A stretch of DNA of 35,055 bases. Origin: Nevskiales bacterium. Lineage in GTDB: Bacteria > Pseudomonadota > Gammaproteobacteria > Nevskiales > CAJXLF01. The translations under genes and the position numbers were made by a program. The stretch covers positions 1 to 35,055 of the forward strand of contig JBFKKS010000001.1 in assembly GCA_041630955.1 (NCBI GenBank), read 5' to 3'. The notes under the pieces are model-generated. The model had not been told where the DNA came from. It searched no databases and worked only from the letters and a program-made list of their open reading frames with translations. Positions 1 to 11,518 of the stretch are shown here, piece by piece; positions within the stretch are counted from its first letter, which is position 1; each line of letters begins with the position of its first letter.

Positions 1-1195
1 CGCGATACAGTTCCATAACCGGTCGCTCAAAGCGATAGCTGGCGATGAACAGGTTCATGCCGACCGGCGGAGTGAAATAGCCAATCTGCATATTGGCCAG
101 GAAAACGATCCCCAGGTGCAGCGGGTGAATGCCATAACCGACAGCTATGGGGAGAATGATAGGCACCACGATGACCAGCGCGGCGAAGATGTCGAGCATC
201 ATGCCCAGGATCAGCAGGAAACCATTCAGCAGCAGCAGGAAGGTCCATTTGCTGTCGACCTGCTCGCGGATAATCTCGAACAGGCGTTGCGGGATTTCGG
301 CATCGATCATCAGGTTGGTCGAAGCCAGGGACAGGCCCAGGATGGCGAGGATGCCGCCGACCAGTTGCATGGACTCGCGCATGACCCTGGGCAGGCCACG
401 TATGGGAATCTCGCGCAGGATGATGACTTCCACCACGAACACGTAGAGGGCAGTGACCGCAGCGGCCTCGGATACCGCGAAAAAGCCGCTATAGATGCCG
501 CCGAGAATAATAAACGGCAGCGGAATTTCCCACTTGGATTCCCAGATTGCTTCCACGGCTTCCCGTCCTGAGAAAGGCTGGGTCGACTGCGGCAGCCTGC
601 GTCCCTCCCAGGCCGCATACAGGGATAGCAGCAGCAGCATGGTCAGGCCCGGTAGTACGCCGGCCAGAAACAGGTCATCGATACTGATCGGAATGCCGAC
701 ATTCATCTGCTGGGCCACGATGCCGTACAGGATCAGCGGCAGGGAGGGCGCGAACAGCAGGCCAAGGCTGCCTGAGGTGGTGATCAGGCCGAGGTTGAAG
801 CGCTCTGGGTACTGCGCCTGTTTCAGTGCCGGATACAGCAGCGCACCGAGGGCCACGATGGTGACCCCGGATGCACCGGTCAGAGCGGTAAAGAAGGCGC
901 AGGCAGTCAGGGCCACGATCGCCAACCCGCCGGGTAGCCAGCCGAGCAGGGCGTCGGTCACCCGTACCAGGCGTTTTGGGGCACGGCTCTCGCCAAGCAG
1001 GTAACCGGCGAAGGTGAACAGCGGAATCGCCAGCAGAACCGGCATTTCTGCCAGGCGATAAATCTCGATGGCGACGACTGATGGGTCGATCTCGGCGCGA
1101 TAAAAGCCTATCAGGGCACTGGCACCGATCACGGCAAACAGGGGCGCACCGAGCAGCGCCAGTGCCAGCAGCACCAGGCCGATGATTACTGTCAT
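1..1195 (-). CDS. dctM: TRAP transporter large permease subunit (DctM family); C-terminal end runs off the window
   Basis: It is absent from the ORF track because there is no stop inside the window. My reverse-strand translation from ATG (1195-1193) reads MTVIIGLVLLALALLGAPLFAVIGASALIGFYRAEIDP...IAVGYGIHPLHLGIVFLANMQIGYFTPPVGMNLFIASYRFERP. This is an uninterrupted polytopic DctM-like sequence. The ATG overlaps the TGA of dctQ (ATGA at 1192-1195). Confidence 0.9.
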   Translation of the reverse strand, partial: MTVIIGLVLLALALLGAPLFAVIGASALIGFYRAEIDPSVVAIEIYRLAEMPVLLAIPLFTFAGYLLGESRAPKRLVRVTDALLGWLPGGLAIVALTACAFFTALTGASGVTIVALGALLYPALKQAQYPERFNLGLITTSGSLGLLFAPSLPLILYGIVAQQMNVGIPISIDDLFLAGVLPGLTMLLLLSLYAAWEGRRLPQSTQPFSGREAVEAIWESKWEIPLPFIILGGIYSGFFAVSEAAAVTALYVFVVEVIILREIPIRGLPRVMRESMQLVGGILAILGLSLASTNLMIDAEIPQRLFEIIREQVDSKWTFLLLLNGFLLILGMMLDIFAALVIVVPIILPIAVGYGIHPLHLGIVFLANMQIGYFTPPVGMNLFIASYRFERPVMELYR

Positions 1196-1695
1196 GCGTC
1201 TGTTTCGTCCGGTTTTTCAGGCCTTGCCTGCATTGCTTCAACGCTCATCGCCAGATAGCGCAGGCCCATCAGGGCAAAGCTAAAGGGGATGATGGCTTCC
1301 AGGATCCAGATGGGGATGCCGAGTGCACCGGTCAGGCCGGTCTGGTACTCGCTGTAGACAAAGTAGCCGGCAAACCAGGTGACTGCCAGGCACACCAGGG
1401 CAGTAAAGGCATGGGTCAGAATCGCGGCGCGGCGCTTGTGGACAGCACCCATGAAGGGGCCAAGTACATCAATCACGATATGCCGATTGCCGCGGCTGGC
1501 CGCCAGAGCGCCCAGCAGCCCGACCCAAAGCACCATCACGCGCAGCAGTGGATCCGCCCAGCTCAGGCCAGTATCAAAACCATTGCGCAGCAGAATCTGG
1601 GTGCAGGCTAGCAGGATCATTCCACCCAGCAGCAAGGCCAGGACCAGGTCCTCTGCCTGCAGCAGACGCCGTGACCAGCGGTTAGGTTGGTGCAT
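1192..1695 (-). CDS. dctQ: TRAP transporter small permease subunit (DctQ family)
   Basis: The 167-aa protein has four hydrophobic helices (LVLALLLGGMILLACTQILLRN, LRVMVLWVGLLGALAAS and others). It sits between dctP and dctM, with a start/stop overlap to dctM and a 5-nt gap to dctP. Confidence 0.85.
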   Translation of the reverse strand: MHQPNRWSRRLLQAEDLVLALLLGGMILLACTQILLRNGFDTGLSWADPLLRVMVLWVGLLGALAASRGNRHIVIDVLGPFMGAVHKRRAAILTHAFTALVCLAVTWFAGYFVYSEYQTGLTGALGIPIWILEAIIPFSFALMGLRYLAMSVEAMQARPEKPDETDA

Positions 1696-1700
1696 TTCGA

Positions 1701-2696
1701 TTATCGACGGATGGCCTGAATATGCTTGCGCATGGTATCCAGCTGGGCCGGCGTATAGATACCGCTGTCGCGCAGATCATTAATGGCCTTGTCGGCCATT
1801 GACCGCCATTGGGCCTGTTCATCCGCTGCCAGCTGGGTGAACTGAATGCCCTGCTGCTTGAGAGCGGCCCTGGCCTTCTCATTGTCATCACGGTTGATAC
1901 GGTTTAGCCGGGCGAATACTTCACCCATGACTTCACGGACGGCCTTTTGGTCTTCAGCGGAGAGCTTGCTGAAGCTGCGTTTGCTGACCACCAGCGATCC
2001 GAGGATGTAGTTGAGAGGCACGTCGACAAGCGACTCAAGCTTGGTATGCCACTGGAATGCAATGGCACCGGTCGGAACGGCCGCCACGGTATCGATAAGA
2101 CCGGTCTGCAGGCCGGTGTACACATCGGAGAAAGGCAAGGGTACCGGTGTGACGCCGGCATTTTTAATGGCGTTCTCGTTGACGGTATCGTCCTCGGGCA
2201 CCCACACTTTCTTGCCCTTCAGGTCGTCGACGCTGGTGATGGCTTCCTGGCCCATCAGGTAGGTAAACCCGCCCTCGCTGAATCCCAGCGGCACCATGCC
2301 GCCGGCTTCCAGCCCGGCCGCGAGCCCGGCATCCATTTTGCCACGCACGTAATCGACCTCGGCCAGGTTACGAAACTGCAAGGGGTAGCTGTACAGGGCC
2401 GCATCCTTGTAGATATCGGTCAGGCCGGTGGTCGCAAAGGCACCGCCATGCAACTGACCCGCTCTGATCTTGCGCATCACGGCTGCGTCATTACCCATCA
2501 CGCCGCCGGGGTAAAACTTGAACTTTACCCGCCCGGCCGTTCTCTGCTCGACCAGTTTGGCGCCGGCACGCATTTCACGCATCCATCCGGTGCCATCTGG
2601 CGCGATGGTGGCAATCTTGAAAGTGGCAGCATGGGCACTGCCTGCCAGGCATAGGCCCAGCAACAGGTATCGGGAAATGCGGGTGATCGGGGTCAT
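1701..2696 (-). CDS. dctP: TRAP transporter periplasmic solute-binding protein (DctP family)
   Basis: The 331-aa protein has a signal peptide, MTPITRISRYLLLGLCLAGSAHA/ATFK. It then reads FKIATIAPDGTGWMREM...VKFKFYPGGVMGND...IRAGQLHGG, typical of DctP-type SBPs. It is in an operon with dctQM. Confidence 0.9.
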   Translation of the reverse strand: MTPITRISRYLLLGLCLAGSAHAATFKIATIAPDGTGWMREMRAGAKLVEQRTAGRVKFKFYPGGVMGNDAAVMRKIRAGQLHGGAFATTGLTDIYKDAALYSYPLQFRNLAEVDYVRGKMDAGLAAGLEAGGMVPLGFSEGGFTYLMGQEAITSVDDLKGKKVWVPEDDTVNENAIKNAGVTPVPLPFSDVYTGLQTGLIDTVAAVPTGAIAFQWHTKLESLVDVPLNYILGSLVVSKRSFSKLSAEDQKAVREVMGEVFARLNRINRDDNEKARAALKQQGIQFTQLAADEQAQWRSMADKAINDLRDSGIYTPAQLDTMRKHIQAIRR

Positions 2697-2822
2697 CGGT
2701 AATGCTCGATTTTTGTCGGGTAGCCAGAATGAGGTCGCCTATTCTACCGATTTGGCTGGGACAGTGGTTTTATGGTGAAGCCTGTTCGTCTGCCGTGGGT
2801 GGCATAAGCCCATCGTGGCTGG

Positions 2823-3674
2823 CTAGAAGTAGTCGTGACTACCAACCAGTAAATCGACCGCCATATCCTGTGCCAGGATATTGCTCAGTGTGAAACTGCG
2901 AGCCTTGGGGTCCGCCTTCAGGGCTTCGCGCAGCAGGCTATCATGTAGGCGCTGATCAAAGACAAGTCGTGCGTAATACTTGGCGTAGTACACCTTGGCC
3001 AGTTGGTTATTGCCTGCCGAGATTTTCAGGGCATTTTTGAAATAAGTCTCAGCGACCTCGGGTTTGCCGCCCAGGCTGGGCGGTATTTGTGCAGCCAGCA
3101 CACCCAGCATCATATGCGGGTTGCCATCATCATAGCGGGGCTTTAACTGGATGATGTAACGCAGCGTGGCTTCTATCTTGGGGACGTCGGCGATGGCGTT
3201 CCAGTCATCCGCATTGGCCTGTAGCCATACCGTCCAGGCTGTGGCGAAGCCGTAGAGCAAGGCCAAATCGTCTTCGTCGACATCTTCCAGTTCTTCTACA
3301 TAGTCTTCCAGCGAAGCACCGACGACATCATGCAAATCATCCAGTCCATGACTCAGTGCTTGTAATCCATAACGCTTGGCACGATCAGCCAGGCGCTTCT
3401 GGCGTTCCGTGTCTTTGGTGAAAGAGCTGGCATACAGTGCGTATAGCCGTGCCGCAGCGATGACCACGGGTACATTATCCGGGGCGGCTTCGACGGCGCC
3501 GTCCAATGCCAGCAGGTAGGATGGCAGGGCTTCACGTACCGTCTGGGGGTCATCGTGATTGAGGATGCCGTTGGTAAGGCCCAGGGCATAGCGTTTGGCT
3601 GCAGAGTCGATTGCCGTGCCCGGACAGGCGGTTAGCCCGAGGCAAAGCAAAGTGACAGCAAAAATTCGCAGCAT
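2823..3674 (-). CDS. TatT-like TPR/helical lipoprotein accessory component of TRAP transporters
   Basis: I chose the internal ATG at 3674, which gives MLRIFAVTLLCLGLTAC with a lipobox (LTAC). The rest is all-helical and repeat-like (LLALDGAVEAAPDN..., AKVYYAKYYARLVFD). It lies head of the same-strand dctPQM genes. The longest ORF extends to 3728. Confidence 0.65.
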   Translation of the reverse strand: MLRIFAVTLLCLGLTACPGTAIDSAAKRYALGLTNGILNHDDPQTVREALPSYLLALDGAVEAAPDNVPVVIAAARLYALYASSFTKDTERQKRLADRAKRYGLQALSHGLDDLHDVVGASLEDYVEELEDVDEDDLALLYGFATAWTVWLQANADDWNAIADVPKIEATLRYIIQLKPRYDDGNPHMMLGVLAAQIPPSLGGKPEVAETYFKNALKISAGNNQLAKVYYAKYYARLVFDQRLHDSLLREALKADPKARSFTLSNILAQDMAVDLLVGSHDYF

Positions 3675-3808
3675 GGGCAGATCCCTGATTTTATAATCGC
3701 AACGATTGTGCGGAATGTGTCGGCGCACGTCCAGCGGCAGGGGGCAGGCAAAGGCAGATATCGTGGCGCGCTTGGCTGATTCGGCGAACTAATTGGCGTC
3801 TTTGGACA

Positions 3809-5930
<2,122 letters not shown>

Positions 5931-5945
5931 GCAAGGAGTGCCGGG

Positions 5946-6713
5946 CTATTTGCCCGGTGCTCTTGATCCACCCGTGCCGTAAATCTTGTCGGGGTCATAC
6001 TCGTCTGCGCTCTGCCCGCTGTCGAACTTGATCTCGGCATAGCTCATGGTGGTCTTGCTGCCACTGCGCAGGTTTTCCATGGTCACGCTGGAAGGCAGCC
6101 AGTAGCCCTCTGCACTCTGTGACTCCTTGCCGACACTGAGGCGCTTGACCGGTTTGTCATTCTCAAAGACATCGACGTGGTGGAGCGCTCCGCTGGCCTC
6201 AATGATCCAGGCCTGGCGACGGTACTCTCCGGCACGCGGCTTGATGTCATAGGCTTTGCAGGGCTGCTCGTCGCAGAGCCCCTTTCCGGTCTGTTCCATG
6301 TCCTCGGGGTCAACCAGGTTCACGCCGAGATCCACATAGCTGAGGTCTGTGCCCAGGAACGGGGATTCGGCACGATTGTCGTTCACCGGTGTGGCGCGTT
6401 TGGTGGCCGGGATATACAGCCATTGCCGACGTTCACCACCCGTGTCCACATGGGACAGGATTTCGGTGCCAGCGGCACCCATCGGTTCCAGCACGGTCAC
6501 GCGCAGATAACCCTTATCATCATTTTCCCGCAGCACACAGGCCTTGGACTTGCCATTGCGTAGGCCGCCACTGCGGGATTCGATTTGCAGGTCGATAACC
6601 GCGCAGAAATCTTTCCAGCCAAGGTAACGCTTCTCGAACTTGTCAGCCAGGTTGTCGGCCCAGGCCGTCGCTGAAACCAGTGCCATGGGAAGGAGCAGGT
6701 AAGTGATTTTCAT
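5946..6713 (-). CDS. LolA-like outer-membrane lipoprotein-sorting family protein (periplasmic)
   Basis: The signal peptide is MKITYLLLPMALVSATAWA/DN. The motifs RRQWLYIPATKRATPV and SPFLGTDLSYVDL resemble the LolA_like family consensus as I recall it. Its start overlaps the stop of the upstream MMPL gene (6710-6713). Confidence 0.65.
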   Translation of the reverse strand: MKITYLLLPMALVSATAWADNLADKFEKRYLGWKDFCAVIDLQIESRSGGLRNGKSKACVLRENDDKGYLRVTVLEPMGAAGTEILSHVDTGGERRQWLYIPATKRATPVNDNRAESPFLGTDLSYVDLGVNLVDPEDMEQTGKGLCDEQPCKAYDIKPRAGEYRRQAWIIEASGALHHVDVFENDKPVKRLSVGKESQSAEGYWLPSSVTMENLRSGSKTTMSYAEIKFDSGQSADEYDPDKIYGTGGSRAPGK

Positions 6714-9001
6714 TTGTCGAATCTCGTCAGTAGCTGTGGCAGCAGGAACAGGTCACAAAACCAGGCATAGGCAATGGCGATGGCCAGCCACAGGCCCAGT
6801 TCATGGGTGGGTTGCACCTGCGAGAAACCAATCAGGCCCATGCCGACGCACAGCACCATGGTGGTAATCGTAATGGCGCCTCCGACGCGGCGGATTGCAT
6901 GTTTGCAGGCTTCTTCAGGGCTCGCTGCACCACCCCTTCGACCCTCTTTGTAGCGTTCCAGAAAGTGGATGCAGTCATCCACGATGATCCCCAGGGCGGC
7001 GGTGGATATGACCGACAATGCGATGCCGATATGGCCGGAGAGTAGGCCCCAGGTGCCGAAAGCCAAGCCCACGGGCAACAGGTTTGGAACGATGCTGATA
7101 ATCCCCAGGCGTACCGAGCGCAGCACCACTGCCACCAGAATAGCGGCAAACACCAGCACCGCGAGGGTGCCAATAATCATGGGGGGAATATTCTGCAGTG
7201 CCATGCGCGAGAACATCATTACGCCACTGTTGCCGCCGGGAGCATCGAGTTCGGCAGCGTTACTGGCTAACCAGGCCTGCGCCTGCTTGTCGAAATCCTG
7301 GAATTCGTGGCCCGGCCGGTTGCGCAGGGACACATGGACCAGTGAAGCGGTCCGGTCTTCGTTCAGTAAGCCGGTGGCGCGATCACCCGGCTGGGCGGAA
7401 AACTCGTACAGCCACAGCAGTTGTTCGGTCTCGGCGGGATCGTCCGGGATTTCACCACTGCCATCGCCGAACGAGCGACTCAGGCTGCGCACGAGGTTCG
7501 GTAACATGCGCACCGCCACCACACCCTCCTGGTTGCGAAGCCAGGCCTCGAACGCCTCTACTTTGGCGAGGTAATCAGGATCATGGACACCCGTGGGGCC
7601 GGCTGCTGGTAATTGGTAATACAGCTGTTGCATGCCGGTCAGGCGCTCGTCGACCACGAGGTTATCCTGCCGCAGCCGGGTATCGCCAGAAAACCACTCA
7701 CTGATGTTGTCGTCAATGGTGTTCATTGGTATGCAGGCCAGAATGGCGAGGATAACCAGGGGCACCAGGAAGAGCACAAGCGGCGCCCGGATGGGCTTGG
7801 AGTAGCGCTCCCCCAGGTACTCCAGCCCCAGCCTCAGTGGGCCTTTCTTGCGCCAGTAAGGGGGGTCGATCAGGGTCAGCATGGCGGGCATGACCAGTAC
7901 CACATACAGCACCGCAAAGGCGACACCGATGGCAGTGATATTGCCCATGTAGCGGTAGGGCGGGGCGATGCTACTGTTCATGGCCAAAAAGCCGAGCACG
8001 GTGGTGCCGCCGGTCAGCAGGACCGGCTCTATGTTTTCGCGCAGCGATTGCAGCGCAGAGGCCGAGGCACTTTCATGCTCGGTGCGCAGTTGCAGGTGGG
8101 TGTCACAGAAGTGCACCGCGTAGGCCAGCGCGATAACCAGTACGATAATTGGGACGATCAGGGTGGCCACGGTGACCGGGTAGCCAAGCCAGCCATTCAT
8201 GCCGATGGTGGTCACTACCGCGCACAGTACGGGTACGGCGCAGGCACCGGCAGCGCGCCAACTGCCCAGCAGCGTACGCAGCATGAATGCAGCGATCGCT
8301 ATGCAGAAGGGAAACAGCGCATAGATATCCCGCATCGCCAGTTCCAGGATCGCGTGGTAGTAGGGCAGTACACCGGCGAGCAATACGCGGTTGTCCGGGT
8401 GGTCAGTCTCGAAGTCGTCCCGTACTTGCTCGGTATGCCGCAGTACCGCGCGGGTGTCCCAGAAGTCATTGCCTTCCGGTAAGGCAACTCGCACGTGGGC
8501 GGCGGCAATGGAATGGTCGGCTGCCAACAGCGTGCCGGTCGTGAGTTTGGCTACTTCCTCGCGGGCCCGCTGCCAGAGATCGGCGTCAGTGTTGCCGGTT
8601 TCTGCAAGGCCCCGCAGGCTGGTTATCTGAGGCCCTTCTTCGGCATCCGCGCCGGGTAGCGCCACGGCTATATCCGCGACCGAGGTGATACGTTCCGCAA
8701 ATGGCGTGTTCTGCAGGGCGTCGGCCAGCGCAGCAACCTTGAGGATGTTGTCCGGTGTCAGGGCGTTGCCGCCGGGTGGTTCCAGGCCCAGGATGATGTC
8801 GTCCGTGCCGCCGAAGCGGCTTTCCAGTTCACCAAAGGCGATCCGGTCCGGGTTGTCGTCGTCGAAGTAATAGCGGTAATCGGTTAGCAGGGTTAGGCGG
8901 TAGGCACCGGTCGCGATGAGCAGGGTCATCAGGATCACTGACCAGACAAAGCGCTTAGGCCGGGCAGTGATCATGGCACCGAGTTGTTCTGTCACCTGCA
9001 T
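6710..9001 (-). CDS. MMPL/RND-superfamily exporter (12-TM, two large periplasmic loops)
   Basis: The 763-aa protein has two repeated modules, each a TM helix plus soluble loop plus a five-helix bundle. Examples are LLAGVLPYYHAILELAMRDIYALFPF...AYAVHFCD and IISIVPNLLPVGLAFGTWGLL...GIIVDDCIHFLERY. This is typical of MMPL/sterol-sensing-like RND proteins. Confidence 0.85.
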   Translation of the reverse strand: MQVTEQLGAMITARPKRFVWSVILMTLLIATGAYRLTLLTDYRYYFDDDNPDRIAFGELESRFGGTDDIILGLEPPGGNALTPDNILKVAALADALQNTPFAERITSVADIAVALPGADAEEGPQITSLRGLAETGNTDADLWQRAREEVAKLTTGTLLAADHSIAAAHVRVALPEGNDFWDTRAVLRHTEQVRDDFETDHPDNRVLLAGVLPYYHAILELAMRDIYALFPFCIAIAAFMLRTLLGSWRAAGACAVPVLCAVVTTIGMNGWLGYPVTVATLIVPIIVLVIALAYAVHFCDTHLQLRTEHESASASALQSLRENIEPVLLTGGTTVLGFLAMNSSIAPPYRYMGNITAIGVAFAVLYVVLVMPAMLTLIDPPYWRKKGPLRLGLEYLGERYSKPIRAPLVLFLVPLVILAILACIPMNTIDDNISEWFSGDTRLRQDNLVVDERLTGMQQLYYQLPAAGPTGVHDPDYLAKVEAFEAWLRNQEGVVAVRMLPNLVRSLSRSFGDGSGEIPDDPAETEQLLWLYEFSAQPGDRATGLLNEDRTASLVHVSLRNRPGHEFQDFDKQAQAWLASNAAELDAPGGNSGVMMFSRMALQNIPPMIIGTLAVLVFAAILVAVVLRSVRLGIISIVPNLLPVGLAFGTWGLLSGHIGIALSVISTAALGIIVDDCIHFLERYKEGRRGGAASPEEACKHAIRRVGGAITITTMVLCVGMGLIGFSQVQPTHELGLWLAIAIAYAWFCDLFLLPQLLTRFDK

Positions 9002-9139
9002 CGATCTCTCCCCTGTCTGGAATGTCCTTGCGGAACTTCCTTACTGATCATGCACTGATTCTCGGTTAGCAGTATGTAACCCACACGAGGCAGCCGCAAG
9101 ACAGTTATCATCAAGTGATGGCTATTGGACCCAATTAAC

Positions 9140-9838
9140 ATGAGCGAAGCAGCGATCAAGCCCCCCTCCCTTAAACAATTGCTATTGGAAGTGCGTTGCC
9201 TTCCGGAATGGGGGCGGTTCCTGTTATCGAATACAGGGGCGCAGGAATTACCACGGGGTAATGGACGCCCGGTACTGGTCATTCCCGGCTTTGGCGCGAG
9301 TGATTTATACACAGCTTCATTGCGCCGCGCGCTCAGCCGGCTGGGCCATGATGTACATGGCTGGGGCTTGGGTCTGAACACCGGCATGAACAGCCACGTG
9401 CGCAAGGCGTTGGCGCAGAAGGTGAGTAACCTTCACACCACCGTGGGGCAGCCCGTGAGCCTGATCGGCTGGAGCCTGGGCGGGGTGTTCGCACGCGAAC
9501 TGGCACGCCAGCTTCCGACGGAGGTTGCGCGGGTTTTTACGCTGGGCAGTCCGTTCAATATCACTCCGGCCGCCAATAACATGCTGCCTTTGTTCAAGCT
9601 GGTGAATCGGGGCAAGCCGGTGAAATTGGACATGGAGGGCTTTTTGCGCCGGGCCGAGCCACCCCCCGTGCGCTGCACGGCCATCTACAGCAAAACCGAT
9701 GGTGTGGTTGACTGGCGCACTGCTTGTGAACGCGAGGCCCCGAATACCGAGAATATTGAGGTGACCGGCAGTCACTTCGGCATGGTTTGCAATCAGCAGG
9801 TCGTACGTGTGATTGCGGAGCGACTGGCTAGTCCTTGA
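9140..9838 (+). CDS. Alpha/beta-fold hydrolase (lipase/esterase-like)
   Basis: The nucleophile elbow is G-W-S-L-G-G ([16 protein letters not shown]). It also has [12 protein letters not shown] and a C-terminal GSHFGM. The start is uncertain: ATG at 9140 or TTG at 9125. The 3' end overlaps the prfC stop by 11 nt. Confidence 0.7.
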   Translation: MSEAAIKPPSLKQLLLEVRCLPEWGRFLLSNTGAQELPRGNGRPVLVIPGFGASDLYTASLRRALSRLGHDVHGWGLGLNTGMNSHVRKALAQKVSNLHTTVGQPVSLIGWSLGGVFARELARQLPTEVARVFTLGSPFNITPAANNMLPLFKLVNRGKPVKLDMEGFLRRAEPPPVRCTAIYSKTDGVVDWRTACEREAPNTENIEVTGSHFGMVCNQQVVRVIAERLASP

Positions 9839-11417
9839 ACGACTGCTCGCGCGTGTCGTTGAATTGCAGCGTGGGCCAGCGTTCTTGCATCATGCTCAGG
9901 TTGACGCGGCTAGAGGCGAGGTAAACCAGCGCACCGGAGTGATCCCTGGCCAGCCGGTTGTCGGCCTTGTCGCGGAGTTTGCGCAGGTCAGCTTCACTGC
10001 CCTCGACCCATCGTGCGGTATGGACATCCACGGGCACGAACTCGCAGTTGACGTTGTATTCGGTGGCCAGGCGTTCCTTGACCACATCAAATTGCAGGAC
10101 ACCGACCGCACCGAGCACGACATCGTTGTTGAGGATCGGCCGGTAGACCTGGGTGGCGCCTTCTTCGCAGAGCTGGTCGAGCCCGGCATTGAGCTGCTTG
10201 GATTTGAGCGGATCTTTGAGCACCACGCGCCGGAACAGGTCGGGAGCAAAGTTGGGAATGCCTGTAAAAACGATATTCTCGCCTTCCGTGAATGAGTCGC
10301 CCAGCGCGATGGTGCCATGGTTGTGCAGACCGATGATGTCACCGGGCCAGGCCTCTTCGGCCTGTTGACGGTCGGATGCCATAAAGGTGACGGCATCGGA
10401 AATGCGCACCTGTTTGCCGGTGCGGACCTGGAAGAGCTGCATGCCTTTCTTGTAGCTACCCGAGCAGACACGCATGAACGCCACGCGGTCGCGATGCTTG
10501 GGGTCCATATTGGCCTGAATCTTGAAAACGAAGCCACTGAGTTTGTCTTCGGTGGGCAATATTTCGCGCAGATTGGTGTCACGTGGCAGTGGGGAGGGCG
10601 CCCATTCCACGAAGCCATCCAGCAGGTTGGTGACGCCAAAATTATTGATTGCCGAGCCGAAGAACACGGGGGTTAGGCGGCCGGCACGGTAATCTTCCAG
10701 GTTGAAACCCGCAGCTACCTCACGCACCAGTTCGATTTCTTCCATGAACTGGTCGCGTAAATTGCCGATGACTGCCTGGGCGGCCTCGGATTCCAGCCCG
10801 TCGATGGTCTCGGTATCGCCAAGCTTGCCGGATTTATCGCCCCGGTACAGATAAATACGATCCTCGGCCAGGTGATAAACGCCCTTGAAACCCTTACCCA
10901 TGCCGATTGGCCAGGTAATCGGTACACATTGGATATTGAGCACTGACTCGATGTCATCGATCAGTTCCAGTGGCTCCCGACCCTCGCGATCCAGCTTGTT
11001 GACGAAACTGATGATCGGTGTGTCGCGCAGGCGGCATACTTCCATCAGCTTGACGGTGCGTGCCTCCACGCCCTTGGCCGCGTCGATCACCATCAGTGCC
11101 GAGTCCACTGCGGTCAGGGTGCGATAGGTGTCTTCCGAAAAGTCCTCGTGACCAGGGGTGTCCAAAAGATTGACAATGCGGCCCTTGTAGGGGAACTGCA
11201 TGACCGAAGTGGTGACTGAGATGCCGCGTTGCTGCTCCATCTTCATCCAGTCAGAGGTCGCATGACGCGCGGCCTTACGACCTTTGACGGTGCCTGCAAG
11301 CTGAATTGCGCCACCAAATAATAGGAGCTTTTCGGTAAGCGTGGTCTTGCCGGCATCTGGGTGCGAGATGATGGCGAAGGTACGACGCTTGGCAGTCTGG
11401 TCGGTGACTTGGGACAC
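9828..11417 (-). CDS. prfC: Peptide chain release factor 3 (GTPase)
   Basis: The G1 motif is [13 protein letters not shown]3 is DTPGHEDF and G4 is NKLD. The 529-aa protein is collinear with RF3. Confidence 0.95.
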   Translation of the reverse strand: MSQVTDQTAKRRTFAIISHPDAGKTTLTEKLLLFGGAIQLAGTVKGRKAARHATSDWMKMEQQRGISVTTSVMQFPYKGRIVNLLDTPGHEDFSEDTYRTLTAVDSALMVIDAAKGVEARTVKLMEVCRLRDTPIISFVNKLDREGREPLELIDDIESVLNIQCVPITWPIGMGKGFKGVYHLAEDRIYLYRGDKSGKLGDTETIDGLESEAAQAVIGNLRDQFMEEIELVREVAAGFNLEDYRAGRLTPVFFGSAINNFGVTNLLDGFVEWAPSPLPRDTNLREILPTEDKLSGFVFKIQANMDPKHRDRVAFMRVCSGSYKKGMQLFQVRTGKQVRISDAVTFMASDRQQAEEAWPGDIIGLHNHGTIALGDSFTEGENIVFTGIPNFAPDLFRRVVLKDPLKSKQLNAGLDQLCEEGATQVYRPILNNDVVLGAVGVLQFDVVKERLATEYNVNCEFVPVDVHTARWVEGSEADLRKLRDKADNRLARDHSGALVYLASSRVNLSMMQERWPTLQFNDTREQSFKD

Positions 11418-11518
11418 GGCAGTTGGACTGGTTCAGGGGGCGCGCAGCTTACCGGATTGGCGTGGTTTTAACCACGCCCGGGTAAGGATTGTCAGGCAAG
11501 CTGCCTCGGGTTCGCGTG

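Noticed and set aside
675-1241. A 188-aa reverse-strand ORF, plus several forward ORFs (116-571, 495-1004), within the first 1.2 kb.
   Set aside because: All lie in alternative frames of the uninterrupted DctM reading frame. Their Arg/Pro/Gly-rich compositions are typical of off-frame ORFs in GC-rich DNA.
5938-5960. A hairpin (CCGGGC-TATTT-GCCCGG, extendable with G-U pairs) between the convergent fadH and LolA-like genes, considered as a bidirectional terminator.
   Set aside because: The stem is short, overlaps the stop codon of the reverse gene and has no T-tract on either side. It is not convincing enough to list as a feature.
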